A stretch of DNA of 43,919 nt. It comes from a bacterium (GTDB lineage: Bacteria > UBA9089 > CG2-30-40-21 > SBAY01). Below, piece after piece: positions 1 through 9,149 of the stretch. The stretch lies in assembly GCA_040757115.1 (NCBI GenBank), contig JBFLYA010000005.1:1-43919 (forward strand), in the 5' to 3' direction. The number at the start of each line of letters is the position of its first letter. The stretch's first letter is position 1. The notes beneath the pieces are model-generated. The model was given only the letters and a program-made list of their open reading frames with translations, had not been told where the DNA came from and ran no database searches. Made by a program: the position numbers and the translations under genes.

Positions 1-198
1 CCCTATTCACCTGAATTAAATCCAGTGGAACGGCTTTGGGATTGGATACGGAGATATTATCTTAGTAACCGAATTTATCAGGGTTATGATGAAATAGTGG
101 ATGTTTCTTGCCAGGCTTGGCTGGAAGTAACTAACGACAATGAACGCTTAAATTCTATGTGTTGGTTCTCTTGGATTAAATCGGCAGAAATTAATTAG
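1..198 (+). mobile_element. IS630-family transposase, C-terminal part (cut by window start), followed by probable right end (~199-209, ending in TA)
   Basis: Frame 1 reads PYSPELNPVERLWDWIRRYYLSNRIYQGYDEIVDVSCQAWLE...WIKSAEIN*; PYSPELNPxERLW is the IS630 DDE_3 signature. Confidence 0.9.
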
Positions 199-213
199 AA
201 TTGATATTACTTG

Positions 214-1101
214 TTAATTATCAGGTTTTGTTGCCCAGCGGTTGTGAAACCAGAGCCATTGGTCAGGATACTGATGAATATATGATTCTAACCTCTTTGT
301 TAATCTTTGTGTATTTTCCACAATAGCGGTTTTTATATTTGGGGTAGTGGTTAATTGACAGGGAGGTTCGATAATAATCTGATGTTGATTATTTTTTATT
401 CGAATATCAAAGATAGGGATTAATTCTGCCCCAGTCCGCATGGCAAAAACTACAGGCCCTGGAGGAGTTGATGCAGGTCTGCCAAAAAAATCAACGAATA
501 CTCCACCTTTCCCGCCATCCTGGTCACCAATTATCGTTATAATCTCATTATTTTTGAGAATTTGAAAAATCTCTTTTGGAGCGACTGTGTGAAATATAGT
601 TTTAGTTTTGAACTTAGTTCGTTTCTGTTGAATTAGTTTTTCGACGAACACATTTTTTTGACGACGAATCATAAGATTCAAATTATAGCCTTTAAGTATT
701 AAGGCTTCAGTCATAAGTTCCCAATTTCCTATATGTCCGCTATAAATAATGACCCCCTTACCTTTTTTTTTAGCCCTCTCTAAATTTTCTAATCCTTTAA
801 TACGCACAAAGTTATTCACATTATCTTTATTAAGTCTGGGGAATAAGATAAATTCAATCAGGCTTTTGCTCATATTTCTAAAGGCATTAATCGCCAATCG
901 CTTAATTTGCTTTTTATCATATTGGTCTTTAAATGCATGAGTGAGATTATCAATCGCCAGTTTTCTTCTTTTAGCATCCAAAATATAACCAATTTCCCCT
1001 AACCGATTAGCTAACCAATAATTTATCCGCCAGGGTAATGAAGTAATTAAATCAGATAATATCTTTACGGCGATAAATTCAAGGTAATGTTTTACTTGCA
1101 T
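214..1101 (-). CDS. lpxL: Lipid A biosynthesis lauroyl/acyltransferase (LpxL/HtrB family)
   Basis: GHIGNWE (HxxxxE), DQD, FFGRPAST and PDQWLWFHNRW motifs. Confidence 0.85.
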   Translation of the reverse strand: MQVKHYLEFIAVKILSDLITSLPWRINYWLANRLGEIGYILDAKRRKLAIDNLTHAFKDQYDKKQIKRLAINAFRNMSKSLIEFILFPRLNKDNVNNFVRIKGLENLERAKKKGKGVIIYSGHIGNWELMTEALILKGYNLNLMIRRQKNVFVEKLIQQKRTKFKTKTIFHTVAPKEIFQILKNNEIITIIGDQDGGKGGVFVDFFGRPASTPPGPVVFAMRTGAELIPIFDIRIKNNQHQIIIEPPCQLTTTPNIKTAIVENTQRLTKRLESYIHQYPDQWLWFHNRWATKPDN

Positions 1102-1148
1102 TTATTCAATTTAAACCCTTGTAATTATTTATGAACCCTTTTGACCAG

Positions 1149-2033
1149 TTACACAGAAGCCATTTCCAATATCTCTGGCACAATCTCTTCCTTGCCAATA
1201 GCCATGATATGGATGCCTGAACAGATATTTTCTTGTTTTATTTGTTTAATCTGTCTGGCGGCAATTTCTATGCCTTTTTGGAGTGCTTTACCTTTTTCTA
1301 CGCTTGCCATTTCATCAATAAGTTCTTGAGGAACAGTAACGCCCGCAACATTGGCATTAAGATATTTTGCCATACCAACGCCAGTCAGGACTAAAATACC
1401 GGCTAATATCTTCACATCAAATTGTCTGGCATATTCCATAAATTTCTTAAGCATGTCCATATTATAAACGGCTTGCGTCTGGAAAAATTCTGCACCTGCT
1501 TTGATTTTTTTGCGGAATTTTAATAATTGGGAATCCATTCGGTCAGCCTCTGGGGTAGCAGTTGCTCCAATACAAAATTCTACTCCTCCATCAAGTTGTG
1601 TCCCGCCAAGGTCTTTACCCTGGGTTAAAGTTTTAACCGCAGAGATTAACTGCACTGAATCTAAATCAAAAACCTGTTTGGACCCTTTATGGTCACCAAG
1701 ACTAATATGGTCTCCAGTTAAGCAAAGGACATTGTGAACACCCAGCACATAGGCGCTAAGCAAATCTGACTGCAATGCCATTCGATTTCGGTCACGGCAG
1801 GTCATTTGTAAAATTGGTTCACCACCATAATCCTTGATAATATGACAGGCGGCAAGAGAAGAAAGTCGCATTACCGATGATTGATTATCCGTAACATTCA
1901 ACCCATGCACTTTGTCTCTCAACATCTCAATATGATGAACCATCTTCTCAATATTTGTTCCTTTTGGCGGCCCAATCTCCGAAGTAATGATAAATTCGCC
2001 TGATTTAAGGGCATCTTTAAATGGCTGTTTCAT
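1149..2033 (-). CDS. metF: Methylenetetrahydrofolate reductase (acetogen-type MetF)
   Basis: EIGPPKG, NVTDNQ, QMTCRDRNRMALQSDLL, LTGDH and FFQTQ motifs. Confidence 0.92.
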   Translation of the reverse strand: MKQPFKDALKSGEFIITSEIGPPKGTNIEKMVHHIEMLRDKVHGLNVTDNQSSVMRLSSLAACHIIKDYGGEPILQMTCRDRNRMALQSDLLSAYVLGVHNVLCLTGDHISLGDHKGSKQVFDLDSVQLISAVKTLTQGKDLGGTQLDGGVEFCIGATATPEADRMDSQLLKFRKKIKAGAEFFQTQAVYNMDMLKKFMEYARQFDVKILAGILVLTGVGMAKYLNANVAGVTVPQELIDEMASVEKGKALQKGIEIAARQIKQIKQENICSGIHIMAIGKEEIVPEILEMASV

Positions 2034-2378
2034 TATTTTCCCTCCTTAAGTCTGGTAAATGGTAACTGGTGAATGGTAATTAGTTATCAATTACCGATTT
2101 CCTGCTTTTTAATTTCGTGAAATTCTATTAATAGAAATTTCTTTCACTTTTGGTCATTTATAGTTTTGCTGTCTTTAATGACTTCATTAAAGTAGTTAAT
2201 ATATCTGAATTTTTTAGCTCATGATTGTTTCTTTGGACTACACATTTGCCCTTGTCGTTAATATAAGTTTGTGTATGTGTTGATATTGATTCAACATCTC
2301 CAAGCAATTTAAAGCCTCTGCAAATTTCTTCAATTATACGCATAATTATCAATTTTGTCAAGATTTTTCTACTGAAAC

Positions 2379-2584
2379 CAGCAATTCTCGGTGAATTTTA
2401 TGGAGTGCGGTGGCAAGCCACCGCTTTCAGAGTCCGTCTAAAGCAAGCGTTATCTACTGAAGAGAAACAAAGCGAAAGCAATCTTTCGCACTCCATAAAA
2501 TAAAAATCTCAGCGAAAAATATTTTCCCTCATCCCCCTCAAAACCCCATTAAATCACGGTTCTTCCATTCACCGAGAATTGCTG
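2379..2584. mobile_element. 206-bp MITE with perfect 18-bp terminal inverted repeats and 9-bp target duplication, carrying a REP-like palindrome pair
   Basis: CAGCAATTCTCGGTGAAT (2379-2396) and its reverse complement (2567-2584); TACTGAAAC at 2370-2378 and 2585-2593; internal GGAGTGCG...CGCACTCC. Confidence 0.85.
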
Positions 2585-2715
2585 TACTGAAACCTGTGAT
2601 TCAGACACTGGACATCAGACACAAGGCTATAGACTCTATTTATGCAGGAAATTACTGACATTTGGGAAACCATCCTCAAAACTTCACTCCCTGAATTTTT
2701 CCCTACTCCTTAGCC

Positions 2716-2845
2716 TGGAAAGAAATTGCAGGACTCAGAGATATTCTCTCACATGAATATTTTGGAATAGATATAGATGAAGTGTGGAAAAATAGTTAAT
2801 GATGACATTCCTGAATTAAAAACCCAAATCGAAAATATTAGACTG
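2716..2845 (+). pseudogene. HEPN (DUF86/HepT-like) ribonuclease toxin remnant
   Basis: WKEIAGLRDILSHEYFGIDIDEVW, then after a frameshift IVNDDIPELKTQIENI; RxxxxH HEPN motif; no start codon. Confidence 0.8.
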
Positions 2846-2920
2846 TTGGAGGAACTTTTTTAGAATCTGATAGAACCAATCCTTGATACTCAATGTTCAA
2901 GTTTTTTAAAGGTATAAAGA

Positions 2921-3407
2921 TTTAACCGCAAAGAGCGCAAAGGAAGATTTCGCAAAGGACGCAAAGGAAGGGAAATAGGTCTATGAACGAAAACGAACTT
3001 TCAAATATCGTTATTGGTATGGCTATAAAAGTTCATGATGCATTAGGTCCTGGATTGCTTGAATCAGCTTATAAAGAATGTTTAGCATACAAAATTGCGG
3101 AACAAGGATTATTGGTTGAAAAAGAAAAAACATTACCATTGACATTTGAACAGGTTAAACTTGAATGTGGTTATAGAGTAGATTTGTTGGTTGAAAAGAA
3201 ATTAATCATAGAAGTTAAATCTCTTGAGGCATTAACAGAGATACATTTAGCTCAGATATTAACTTATTTAAAATTGTCAAATTGTAAATTAGGATTGCTT
3301 ATAAATTTCAATGTATTAAGACTCAAGGAAGGAATTAAAAGGGTGGTGAACAACCTATAATCTTTGCGTTCTTTGCGGTTAATTTCTTTGCGTTCTTTGC
3401 GGTTAAA
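2921..3407. repeat. Tandem CGCAAAG-type inverted arms flanking the GxxExxY gene
   Basis: TTAACCGCAAAGAGCGCAAAGG...CGCAAAGGACGCAAAGG (2921-2967) mirrored by two CTTTGCGTTCTTTGCGGTTAA copies (3362-3407). Confidence 0.85.
2983..3360 (+). CDS. GxxExxY protein (PD-(D/E)XK nuclease-like)
   Basis: GPGLLESAY, YRVDLLVE...EVKS, HLAQILTYLK, GLLINF. Confidence 0.95.
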   Translation: MNENELSNIVIGMAIKVHDALGPGLLESAYKECLAYKIAEQGLLVEKEKTLPLTFEQVKLECGYRVDLLVEKKLIIEVKSLEALTEIHLAQILTYLKLSNCKLGLLINFNVLRLKEGIKRVVNNL

Positions 3408-3640
3408 AAAGGATAAACCACTTAATCTTAAAAAATTTGATAATTCACTACAAGTAGTTATCCGTCATTTAATTTTAAGTAAAGTTTTGACTAATAACTG
3501 CTATAGTTACAAAAAACTCAACCACGATTTGCGAAGACTTTTTCAAAAGTAAGTCTTTTAAAATCAAGAAGTTCTCATTTGCGAGGTAGCAAATGGATAG
3601 GTTTTTGGATTTAAAAATTGATGGATTTGCGAAAAAATAC

Positions 3641-3669
3641 TTGACAGAGGTGGTAAAGTGGTGTATTAT
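3641..3669 (+). promoter_or_regulatory. Sigma70-like promoter with no downstream plus-strand ORF
   Basis: TTGACA-17 nt-TATTAT. Confidence 0.45.
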
Positions 3670-3718
3670 CTAATAAAAGGTAGGAAGAAGTTAATTTTTT
3701 TAAGATGGCTTTCTGACA

Positions 3719-3850
3719 ATTTAACGATAGAGTTCAGGTGCGGCGGGGAGAATTACCACTAAAGTTTGATAGCCAGATAAAACTTTGAGAGACCACAAAA
3801 CTCTGACCACGGCACAGTCCCCCGCCGTCAACTGCAACGCAGGGTTAGAC
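3719..3850 (-). other. Integron attC-like recombination site (132 bp)
   Basis: Minus strand: R'' GTCTAAC, L'' GTTGCAG-TTGACGGCGGGG ... CCCCGCCGCAC-CTGAAC L', R' GTTAAAT; two unpaired bases in the left arm; lies ~90 bp past the stop of ORF 3939-4514. Confidence 0.7.
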
Positions 3851-3938
3851 AAAAGCTTTGATTCGCTGTCTTTTCCTTTTCCTCTGCCTCACCGAATTAT
3901 TGTGCATTCCACATTCACGGTTTGACCCCCATCTCCCC

Positions 3939-4514
3939 CTAACTTTCTGATAGTCTCTCTATAATTTGAAAAAGCAATTTCCTATCAGTCAAAAATATAG
4001 CAATAAGAGTTATTACCCACAGTATCATAAAATATATTGCCGCAGCTTTCCAGTTGGTTAACTTCCTTTCTAACTTTCTGATAGTCTCTCTATAATTTAA
4101 ACGAATATAATTGATATGTTCATTCATTTCGTCTTCATTCACTTCCTTTTTTGTCCAGGCAATCCAGTCATTTCTTTCTTTTTCTTCCTCTTTCCGCTTT
4201 TTTTCTTCTTCTTTAGCCCGTCTATATTCTTCACGCTTCCGCTCTTGCTTTCGCTCTCGCTCTAGCGTTTGCTCTGCAAGAGTATGAATGTGAACTTCAT
4301 AACCCATTTGCTTCAAAGCCTGAATTCCCTCTAGGGTAATCCGCCAACCCGGTTTTGTCCCAAAGAAGTATTCCTCCACAAGTTTCTCACTCCAATGTTT
4401 AACTAATCTCTCTGCTTTCAATTTCTCAAAATCTGAAGAATAGATTCTCCCTTCTTCTATCAGGAATCCGCTTAATTCTGAATCTATTTCTTCACTTACT
4501 TTTACTTTTTCCAT
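3939..4514 (-). CDS. Hypothetical protein with coiled coil and C-terminal transmembrane helix
   Basis: 191-aa ORF with an E/K/R-rich central helix and hydrophobic AAAIYFMILWVITLIAIFL. Confidence 0.7.
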   Translation of the reverse strand: MEKVKVSEEIDSELSGFLIEEGRIYSSDFEKLKAERLVKHWSEKLVEEYFFGTKPGWRITLEGIQALKQMGYEVHIHTLAEQTLERERKQERKREEYRRAKEEEKKRKEEEKERNDWIAWTKKEVNEDEMNEHINYIRLNYRETIRKLERKLTNWKAAAIYFMILWVITLIAIFLTDRKLLFQIIERLSES

Positions 4515-4744
4515 TTTATTTTCCGCCTTATTTCCCTGCCTGCCTGTTAAAGTTGTTTCAATCCTTGTTTTTAATGGAAGTTGGGTTGTTACTCGTTTTT
4601 TAACAAGAGATTATACAGTTCTGTATATCATTCCATTTGGGATGTTATCCAGAAAACGGATATTACCACATTCATAAACAAAACATCAGCACTATCAGAT
4701 TTGAGATTATGTTAGCCACCCACCGGTACGAAAAACACACCAAA

Positions 4745-5089
4745 CTAATACTCAATCACTGCGGCAATCGCTACGACAATTGATTTCATAACTACTGGGG
4801 AAATGATGCCCAGTTTCTGAACAAATCGTTGAGTATCAACACCACGTAGTTGTAAGGTGTCAACAGCTGATGTCTTTGTTAAGCCGTTTATGCTATCTGG
4901 CATCAGTTTAACATGCCAGACATTTTGTGCGAAGTAATCCTTCCACTCAGTTAGTGGAGCAACCAACCTAATGGGCAACATACCAACGGAATCAGAACTG
5001 ACAACAACAACTGGACGAGTCTTTCGGATTTCCGCACCAATGGTTGGGTCGAGACTTACTAACCAAATCTCACCACGATTAATGCTCAT
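4745..5089 (-). CDS. mazF: Type II toxin, MazF/PemK family endoribonuclease
   Basis: RGEIWLVSLDPTIGAEIRKTRPVVVVSSD; QLRGVDTQRF. Confidence 0.92.
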   Translation of the reverse strand: MSINRGEIWLVSLDPTIGAEIRKTRPVVVVSSDSVGMLPIRLVAPLTEWKDYFAQNVWHVKLMPDSINGLTKTSAVDTLQLRGVDTQRFVQKLGIISPVVMKSIVVAIAAVIEY

Positions 5090-5339
5090 AAATAAAATCT
5101 CCTGCTTGCCATTTTTGACGTTCGTTTGCTGTTTGCTCGTAGTGAGCTACCATCTTCTCAGCTTGTTGTGCCATAAGTTGACGTCGTTCATTCAAAGGAA
5201 GCTGCATAAAATCGATTTGAGATGACACATCTGTTTCTTTATCAGCCAATTCAAGCAACAAACTGTATGCACATTGAAGATTTGTTGTTGGGATTTGTTT
5301 AACTAATTTTTGAATCTTAGAGTAAGTAATCGTTTCCAT
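5079..5339 (-). CDS. Putative antitoxin of the MazF toxin
   Basis: Small ORF overlapping the toxin start; AGGAG RBS upstream. Confidence 0.7.
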   Translation of the reverse strand: METITYSKIQKLVKQIPTTNLQCAYSLLLELADKETDVSSQIDFMQLPLNERRQLMAQQAEKMVAHYEQTANERQKWQAGDFIYEH

Positions 5340-5412
5340 GTTTATTTCTCCTTTCTGCTCTATATCTTATTTAGATTTTCTTACAAATAGGGTTGTTATG
5401 GGCTAACCTTAG

Positions 5413-5590
5413 ATTATCCTGCCTATTGGCAGTTTTTATTTTACTGCATTATAAGTTAGGCTATTTATAGAGTAGCATAAATAAAATATTCTGTCAAGAA
5501 GAATTTTAATATCAAAATTAGAAAATACTGAAAAATAACATCCTAAGTATTATCCTGCCTATTAGCGGTTTTTATTTTACTGCATTATAA
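5413..5590. repeat. 42-bp direct repeat (40/42 identical) at 5413-5454 and 5549-5590
   Basis: ATTATCCTGCCTATTrGCrGTTTTTATTTTACTGCATTATAA occurs twice. Confidence 0.85.
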
Positions 5591-5595
5591 ATTTT

Positions 5596-5786
5596 TTCGA
5601 CCTGTGCAGGTAGAAAATTAAGGAAGCAGATTTTTAATAGTAAGCGGGTGGATTTAGTAAGCGGATTTAACGGATTTAGCGGAAAAAGAAATAAAAAAAA
5701 TCCGCTCAATCCGTTTAATCCGCTTACAATAAAAAATGTAATCTGTTTAATCAATTATCCTTTTATTTCTAACTGCACAGGTGGAA
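5596..5786. mobile_element. MITE-like element with ~21-bp terminal inverted repeats and internal CGGATTTA nonamer inverted arms
   Basis: TTCGACCTGTGCAGGTAGAAA ... TTTCTAACTGCACAGGTGGAA; inner TAAGCGGATTTAACGGATTTAGCGGA / TCCGCTCAATCCGTTTAATCCGCTTA. Confidence 0.7.
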
Positions 5787-5822
5787 ACTTATTTACGGCT
5801 GTGGACTACGGTTGATGGAATG

Positions 5823-6050
5823 TATAGCGGTTATTAACTGGAAGTTTACATAGGATAATACCCATAAATAAGGCATGAGAATAATCGTTCCGTTAGGAAC
5901 ATAATATCGGTAGGAATAGATAGACAAATCAATCAGTTCCGTAGGAACGATATATTGGTAGAAAATTTATGGAAAGCCATTTACCGATATATTGTCCCTA
6001 TGGGACATTATTTGTATTTCTAAGTAAAGTTTTGAATAATAACTGCTATA
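5823..6050. mobile_element. TA-ended MITE carrying three REP-like hairpins; a truncated right end also at 3476-3505
   Basis: TATAGCGGTTATT ... AATAACTGCTATA; internal GTTCCGTTAGGAAC, GTTCCGTAGGAAC, GTCCCTATGGGAC. Confidence 0.75.
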
Positions 6051-6064
6051 ATTTCAGAGACCAT

Positions 6065-6949
6065 TTAATTTTCTTCGTGTCCTTTGTGTTCTTCGTGGTG
6101 AATAGTTATCTCTATTTTACTCCGTGTTCGTAGACCAAAATCGTGGCTAACCCTATCATCTGAAAGCCCAGGCTGATAATGTTCAACAAAGTAACCTGTG
6201 ATTACTTCGTTATCCCCTTCTTCGATAAAAAAGCAAGCAAAACCTACTACTTTGACCATTGAAGGGATAGGTTTAAAAATTTCGACAACCGGTATTTTTA
6301 ATAATTTAGGACATTGTGCTGAGAAATTATTTATACGACAATCACTTTTACAAGCACCAGTAAAAAGGCTGACTAATTCTTCCAATTCATTCTCTTTTAG
6401 TTCACGCAGGTTAAAGATATTACCTACTTTAAGTGTTTTAGAAAATGCAGACCCAAAATCCAGCCCGACTAATTTTTCTTCCAACAAATTCGTTTCTGGC
6501 TGTCTGGCAAGTTTATACAAAAAACCAAAGTTTAACCCCGAAGGTCGAATAATTCCCAGAGAAATAGTTTCTAATTCAGTAATAGGGCAAATCGTTCTTA
6601 AAATCTCTGCCTGTTTTTGGAGAAATAATGTAATTGTTTTCTTACCAACAAGCCAGGCAAAATAAGTATTGATGGATAAGGATTTATTAATGGTTATCTT
6701 ATTTAGGGAGGGACTGATAATTATTTCCTCATCATTTAACAAAATACCATAATTTTTTGCCATTTGTTTTATCTTTTTATTAGTCGCCCGGGGTGTATCG
6801 ATTAAAATAGCCCCTTCTTTAATTATCTCCTCCAAATATCCTTCTACTCTGTTTTTTATCAAATGTAGCCGGATGACATCCGTAATTAATCCGACTAAAA
6901 AAAGACCCAGGATAATGGCAACTATTATTAAAATCTTATTTAACATCAT
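6065..6949 (-). CDS. Membrane-anchored protein with weak Tad/Flp TadG-like features
   Basis: N-terminal TM helix; C-terminal IPVV...VKVVGFACFFIE resembles TadG-type tails. Confidence 0.55.
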   Translation of the reverse strand: MMLNKILIIVAIILGLFLVGLITDVIRLHLIKNRVEGYLEEIIKEGAILIDTPRATNKKIKQMAKNYGILLNDEEIIISPSLNKITINKSLSINTYFAWLVGKKTITLFLQKQAEILRTICPITELETISLGIIRPSGLNFGFLYKLARQPETNLLEEKLVGLDFGSAFSKTLKVGNIFNLRELKENELEELVSLFTGACKSDCRINNFSAQCPKLLKIPVVEIFKPIPSMVKVVGFACFFIEEGDNEVITGYFVEHYQPGLSDDRVSHDFGLRTRSKIEITIHHEEHKGHEEN

Positions 6950-6952
6950 ACC

Positions 6953-7300
6953 TTACTCACCTTCATCTTCCTCAGGTTGAAGCCCATAGGTTACATTTGG
7001 AATTAAAGGTATTTCTTTTTTATCCGAGAGAGATTCAATGTGTTGCGACCTATCTTTAGTTAATACCGCTTGTAATTCTGAGAACTCTTTAGCCAATTTA
7101 TACCCTATTTTGCCTTTTTTCACCAGGGTATCAGGCAATACCCTTCCCTCTTCACACCAGAGTTTAAGTTCCTTTAGCTCTATTGGACCATATTCCTTAT
7201 CGACGAAAATATACCATTTATCCTCAATAACTTCTTTATTATCAAAGGATTTACTACATCCTGAAGAAATTACGATAGAGAGAATAATTAACCATCTCAT
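6953..7300 (-). CDS. Lipoprotein with GYF_2 (DUF4339)-like domain
   Basis: Lipobox ISSGC; WYIFVDKEYGPIELKELKLWCEEGRVLPDTLVKK. Confidence 0.75.
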   Translation of the reverse strand: MRWLIILSIVISSGCSKSFDNKEVIEDKWYIFVDKEYGPIELKELKLWCEEGRVLPDTLVKKGKIGYKLAKEFSELQAVLTKDRSQHIESLSDKKEIPLIPNVTYGLQPEEDEGE

Positions 7301-7345
7301 AATAACCTCCAGAAAAGTAACCAGTAGGCAGTCAAGTTAATAGGA

Positions 7346-7496
7346 CGCAGATTTTCGCAGATTATCAGGATAATAAAAACTAAAATGATACTATAAAGAC
7401 ACAAAGATTAATTACTCGGTAGTGTTAAATAACTAAAAGTTTAATTGTATCCTGGTAACTAAAAAATCTTGAAAATCTGCGTTTATCTGCGTTCCC
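7346..7496. repeat. Inverted-arm element of GGACGCAGATT type; related copy at 41337-41484
   Basis: GGACGCAGATTTTCGCAGATTATCAGGA ... TCTTGAAAATCTGCGTTTATCTGCGTTCC. Confidence 0.7.
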
Positions 7497-7497
7497 A

Positions 7498-9036
7498 TTA
7501 TTCCATTTTAATTGCCTGAATACAGAAATCACAGCCACCAAAATATAAAATCTGATTATGAATTGTCGGCGTTGAACGAAGGTTATTTTTAATGTAATAT
7601 TTTTGCAGGATAGTGCCATCCAGCGAACTTAAGGCAAATAAACATCCTTTATCCTGACCAGATTTGACTCCATAATAAATTATCCCATCTGAGATAACCG
7701 GGGAAGATTCTATTTTAACTCCTAAATTTCGTCTCCATTTCAGTTCAACTTCATTATTATCTTCTTTTAAGCAAATTGCAACACCTTCTCCAGTGCCAAA
7801 GTGGATAAGTTTTTCTCCGTTAAAAGTTACTTGAATTACTGGCGAAGAAAGAATATCAAAATGGCTAATATTTATCTCTGATGTATCATAAGCCCAGGAT
7901 AATTCCTCAGATTGAATATCTACCGCATAGATATAATATTTTCCAGCGGTGAAATATACCTTGTTGGCAAATATAGTTGGTTTGCATCTAATTGGTTCTA
8001 AAGAGCCTGTCCAGGGATATGCCCATTTTAATTCCAATTTTCCTGATCTGAGTATCTTAAGTGCCCTTAATTTACCGTCATTTGAGCCAAAGTAAATAAT
8101 TTCATCTTTAATCAATGGTGATGAAATAATCGAGCCAGAAGTAGAATAATTATCAATTATCTTACCGCTGTCAATATTTATGGCATAAAGTTTTCCCTCC
8201 ACACTGCCTACATAACAAGTATCTTTGAAAATCACTGGAGAAGAATTACACCAGATATAATCTTCTCGACCATAGCCATCGCTAATCAAGGTAGGCGAAA
8301 GCCCTTGCGGAGAACCAGTCATAGTATCTAATCTATAAAGATAGGTAAATCTCTGTGGATTGTTTTCAGCATTAACTACAGTGAAGTAAAGGCAATTATT
8401 ACTTATTACGGGATTAGATTGAATACAACAGCCACCTCGATTAAGTTTATAATTTTCATATTCTACTGCCACGCCATTTTTATCATAGAGGATGCCGGAA
8501 GATGTATCGAAACTCCACAATCTTCTGCCCGTCGTTATATCAAGTGCATACATAAATCCTGAAGTCACTCCGCAATATAAAATATCCTCCTGGATAACAG
8601 GCGAAGAATGAATATGAGACCTGGTATCAAATTCCCATATTTTTTGCATAGGTTGATGATAGGCGACAGCCCGTGTATTTATCTTTTGGTGACTAAAACC
8701 GAATATTACCCCAGAGATAAGCCTTATTTTTTTAGTTAAAAGGATTTCTATCTTCAAATCTTCTGTTTTAATCAAAATATTATCTATCTCAAAACCACTT
8801 TTTTTAATAAAATCATTTACAATCAAATTTACCCTGGAAATTCCTTCTAAAAGATAAAAAGCACCTTTAGAGGCTGACTGCTCACAGATTGTTATCATTC
8901 CTGATTTCAATTGATAGATTCTTTTTAAATCAATATTCAGGAGTATAATTTCCATCAAGAAAAATAAAATTAAAGATGATAGAGATAGTGCCTGGATAAA
9001 AATATTATCTTTTTTTGCCAACGATATATTCTTCAC
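7498..9036 (-). CDS. Membrane-anchored PQQ-like beta-propeller protein with possible Tad-like N-terminus
   Basis: Repeated W.F...I.SSP.I....Y.G...G.LYA motifs; N-terminal TM helix. Confidence 0.8.
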   Translation of the reverse strand: MKNISLAKKDNIFIQALSLSSLILFFLMEIILLNIDLKRIYQLKSGMITICEQSASKGAFYLLEGISRVNLIVNDFIKKSGFEIDNILIKTEDLKIEILLTKKIRLISGVIFGFSHQKINTRAVAYHQPMQKIWEFDTRSHIHSSPVIQEDILYCGVTSGFMYALDITTGRRLWSFDTSSGILYDKNGVAVEYENYKLNRGGCCIQSNPVISNNCLYFTVVNAENNPQRFTYLYRLDTMTGSPQGLSPTLISDGYGREDYIWCNSSPVIFKDTCYVGSVEGKLYAINIDSGKIIDNYSTSGSIISSPLIKDEIIYFGSNDGKLRALKILRSGKLELKWAYPWTGSLEPIRCKPTIFANKVYFTAGKYYIYAVDIQSEELSWAYDTSEINISHFDILSSPVIQVTFNGEKLIHFGTGEGVAICLKEDNNEVELKWRRNLGVKIESSPVISDGIIYYGVKSGQDKGCLFALSSLDGTILQKYYIKNNLRSTPTIHNQILYFGGCDFCIQAIKME

Positions 9037-9094
9037 TCTTCTACCCTCTAATATCTATTTTAATAAAATATATCATTTAAGTCAATAAAAAAGG

Positions 9095-9128
9095 TTGACA
9101 ATTTTTAAAAAATAATGTATTATATAAT
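9095..9128 (+). promoter_or_regulatory. Sigma70 promoter upstream of the putative 6S RNA and rny
   Basis: TTGACA-17 nt-TATTAT, overlapping TATAAT. Confidence 0.7.
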
Positions 9129-9149
9129 TACTTGAATTTTAAAAATTTC

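Noticed and set aside
2158-2361. 67-aa minus-strand ORF
   Set aside because: Only a faint resemblance to a four-helix-bundle C-terminus, no RBS, abuts a MITE; too weak to call
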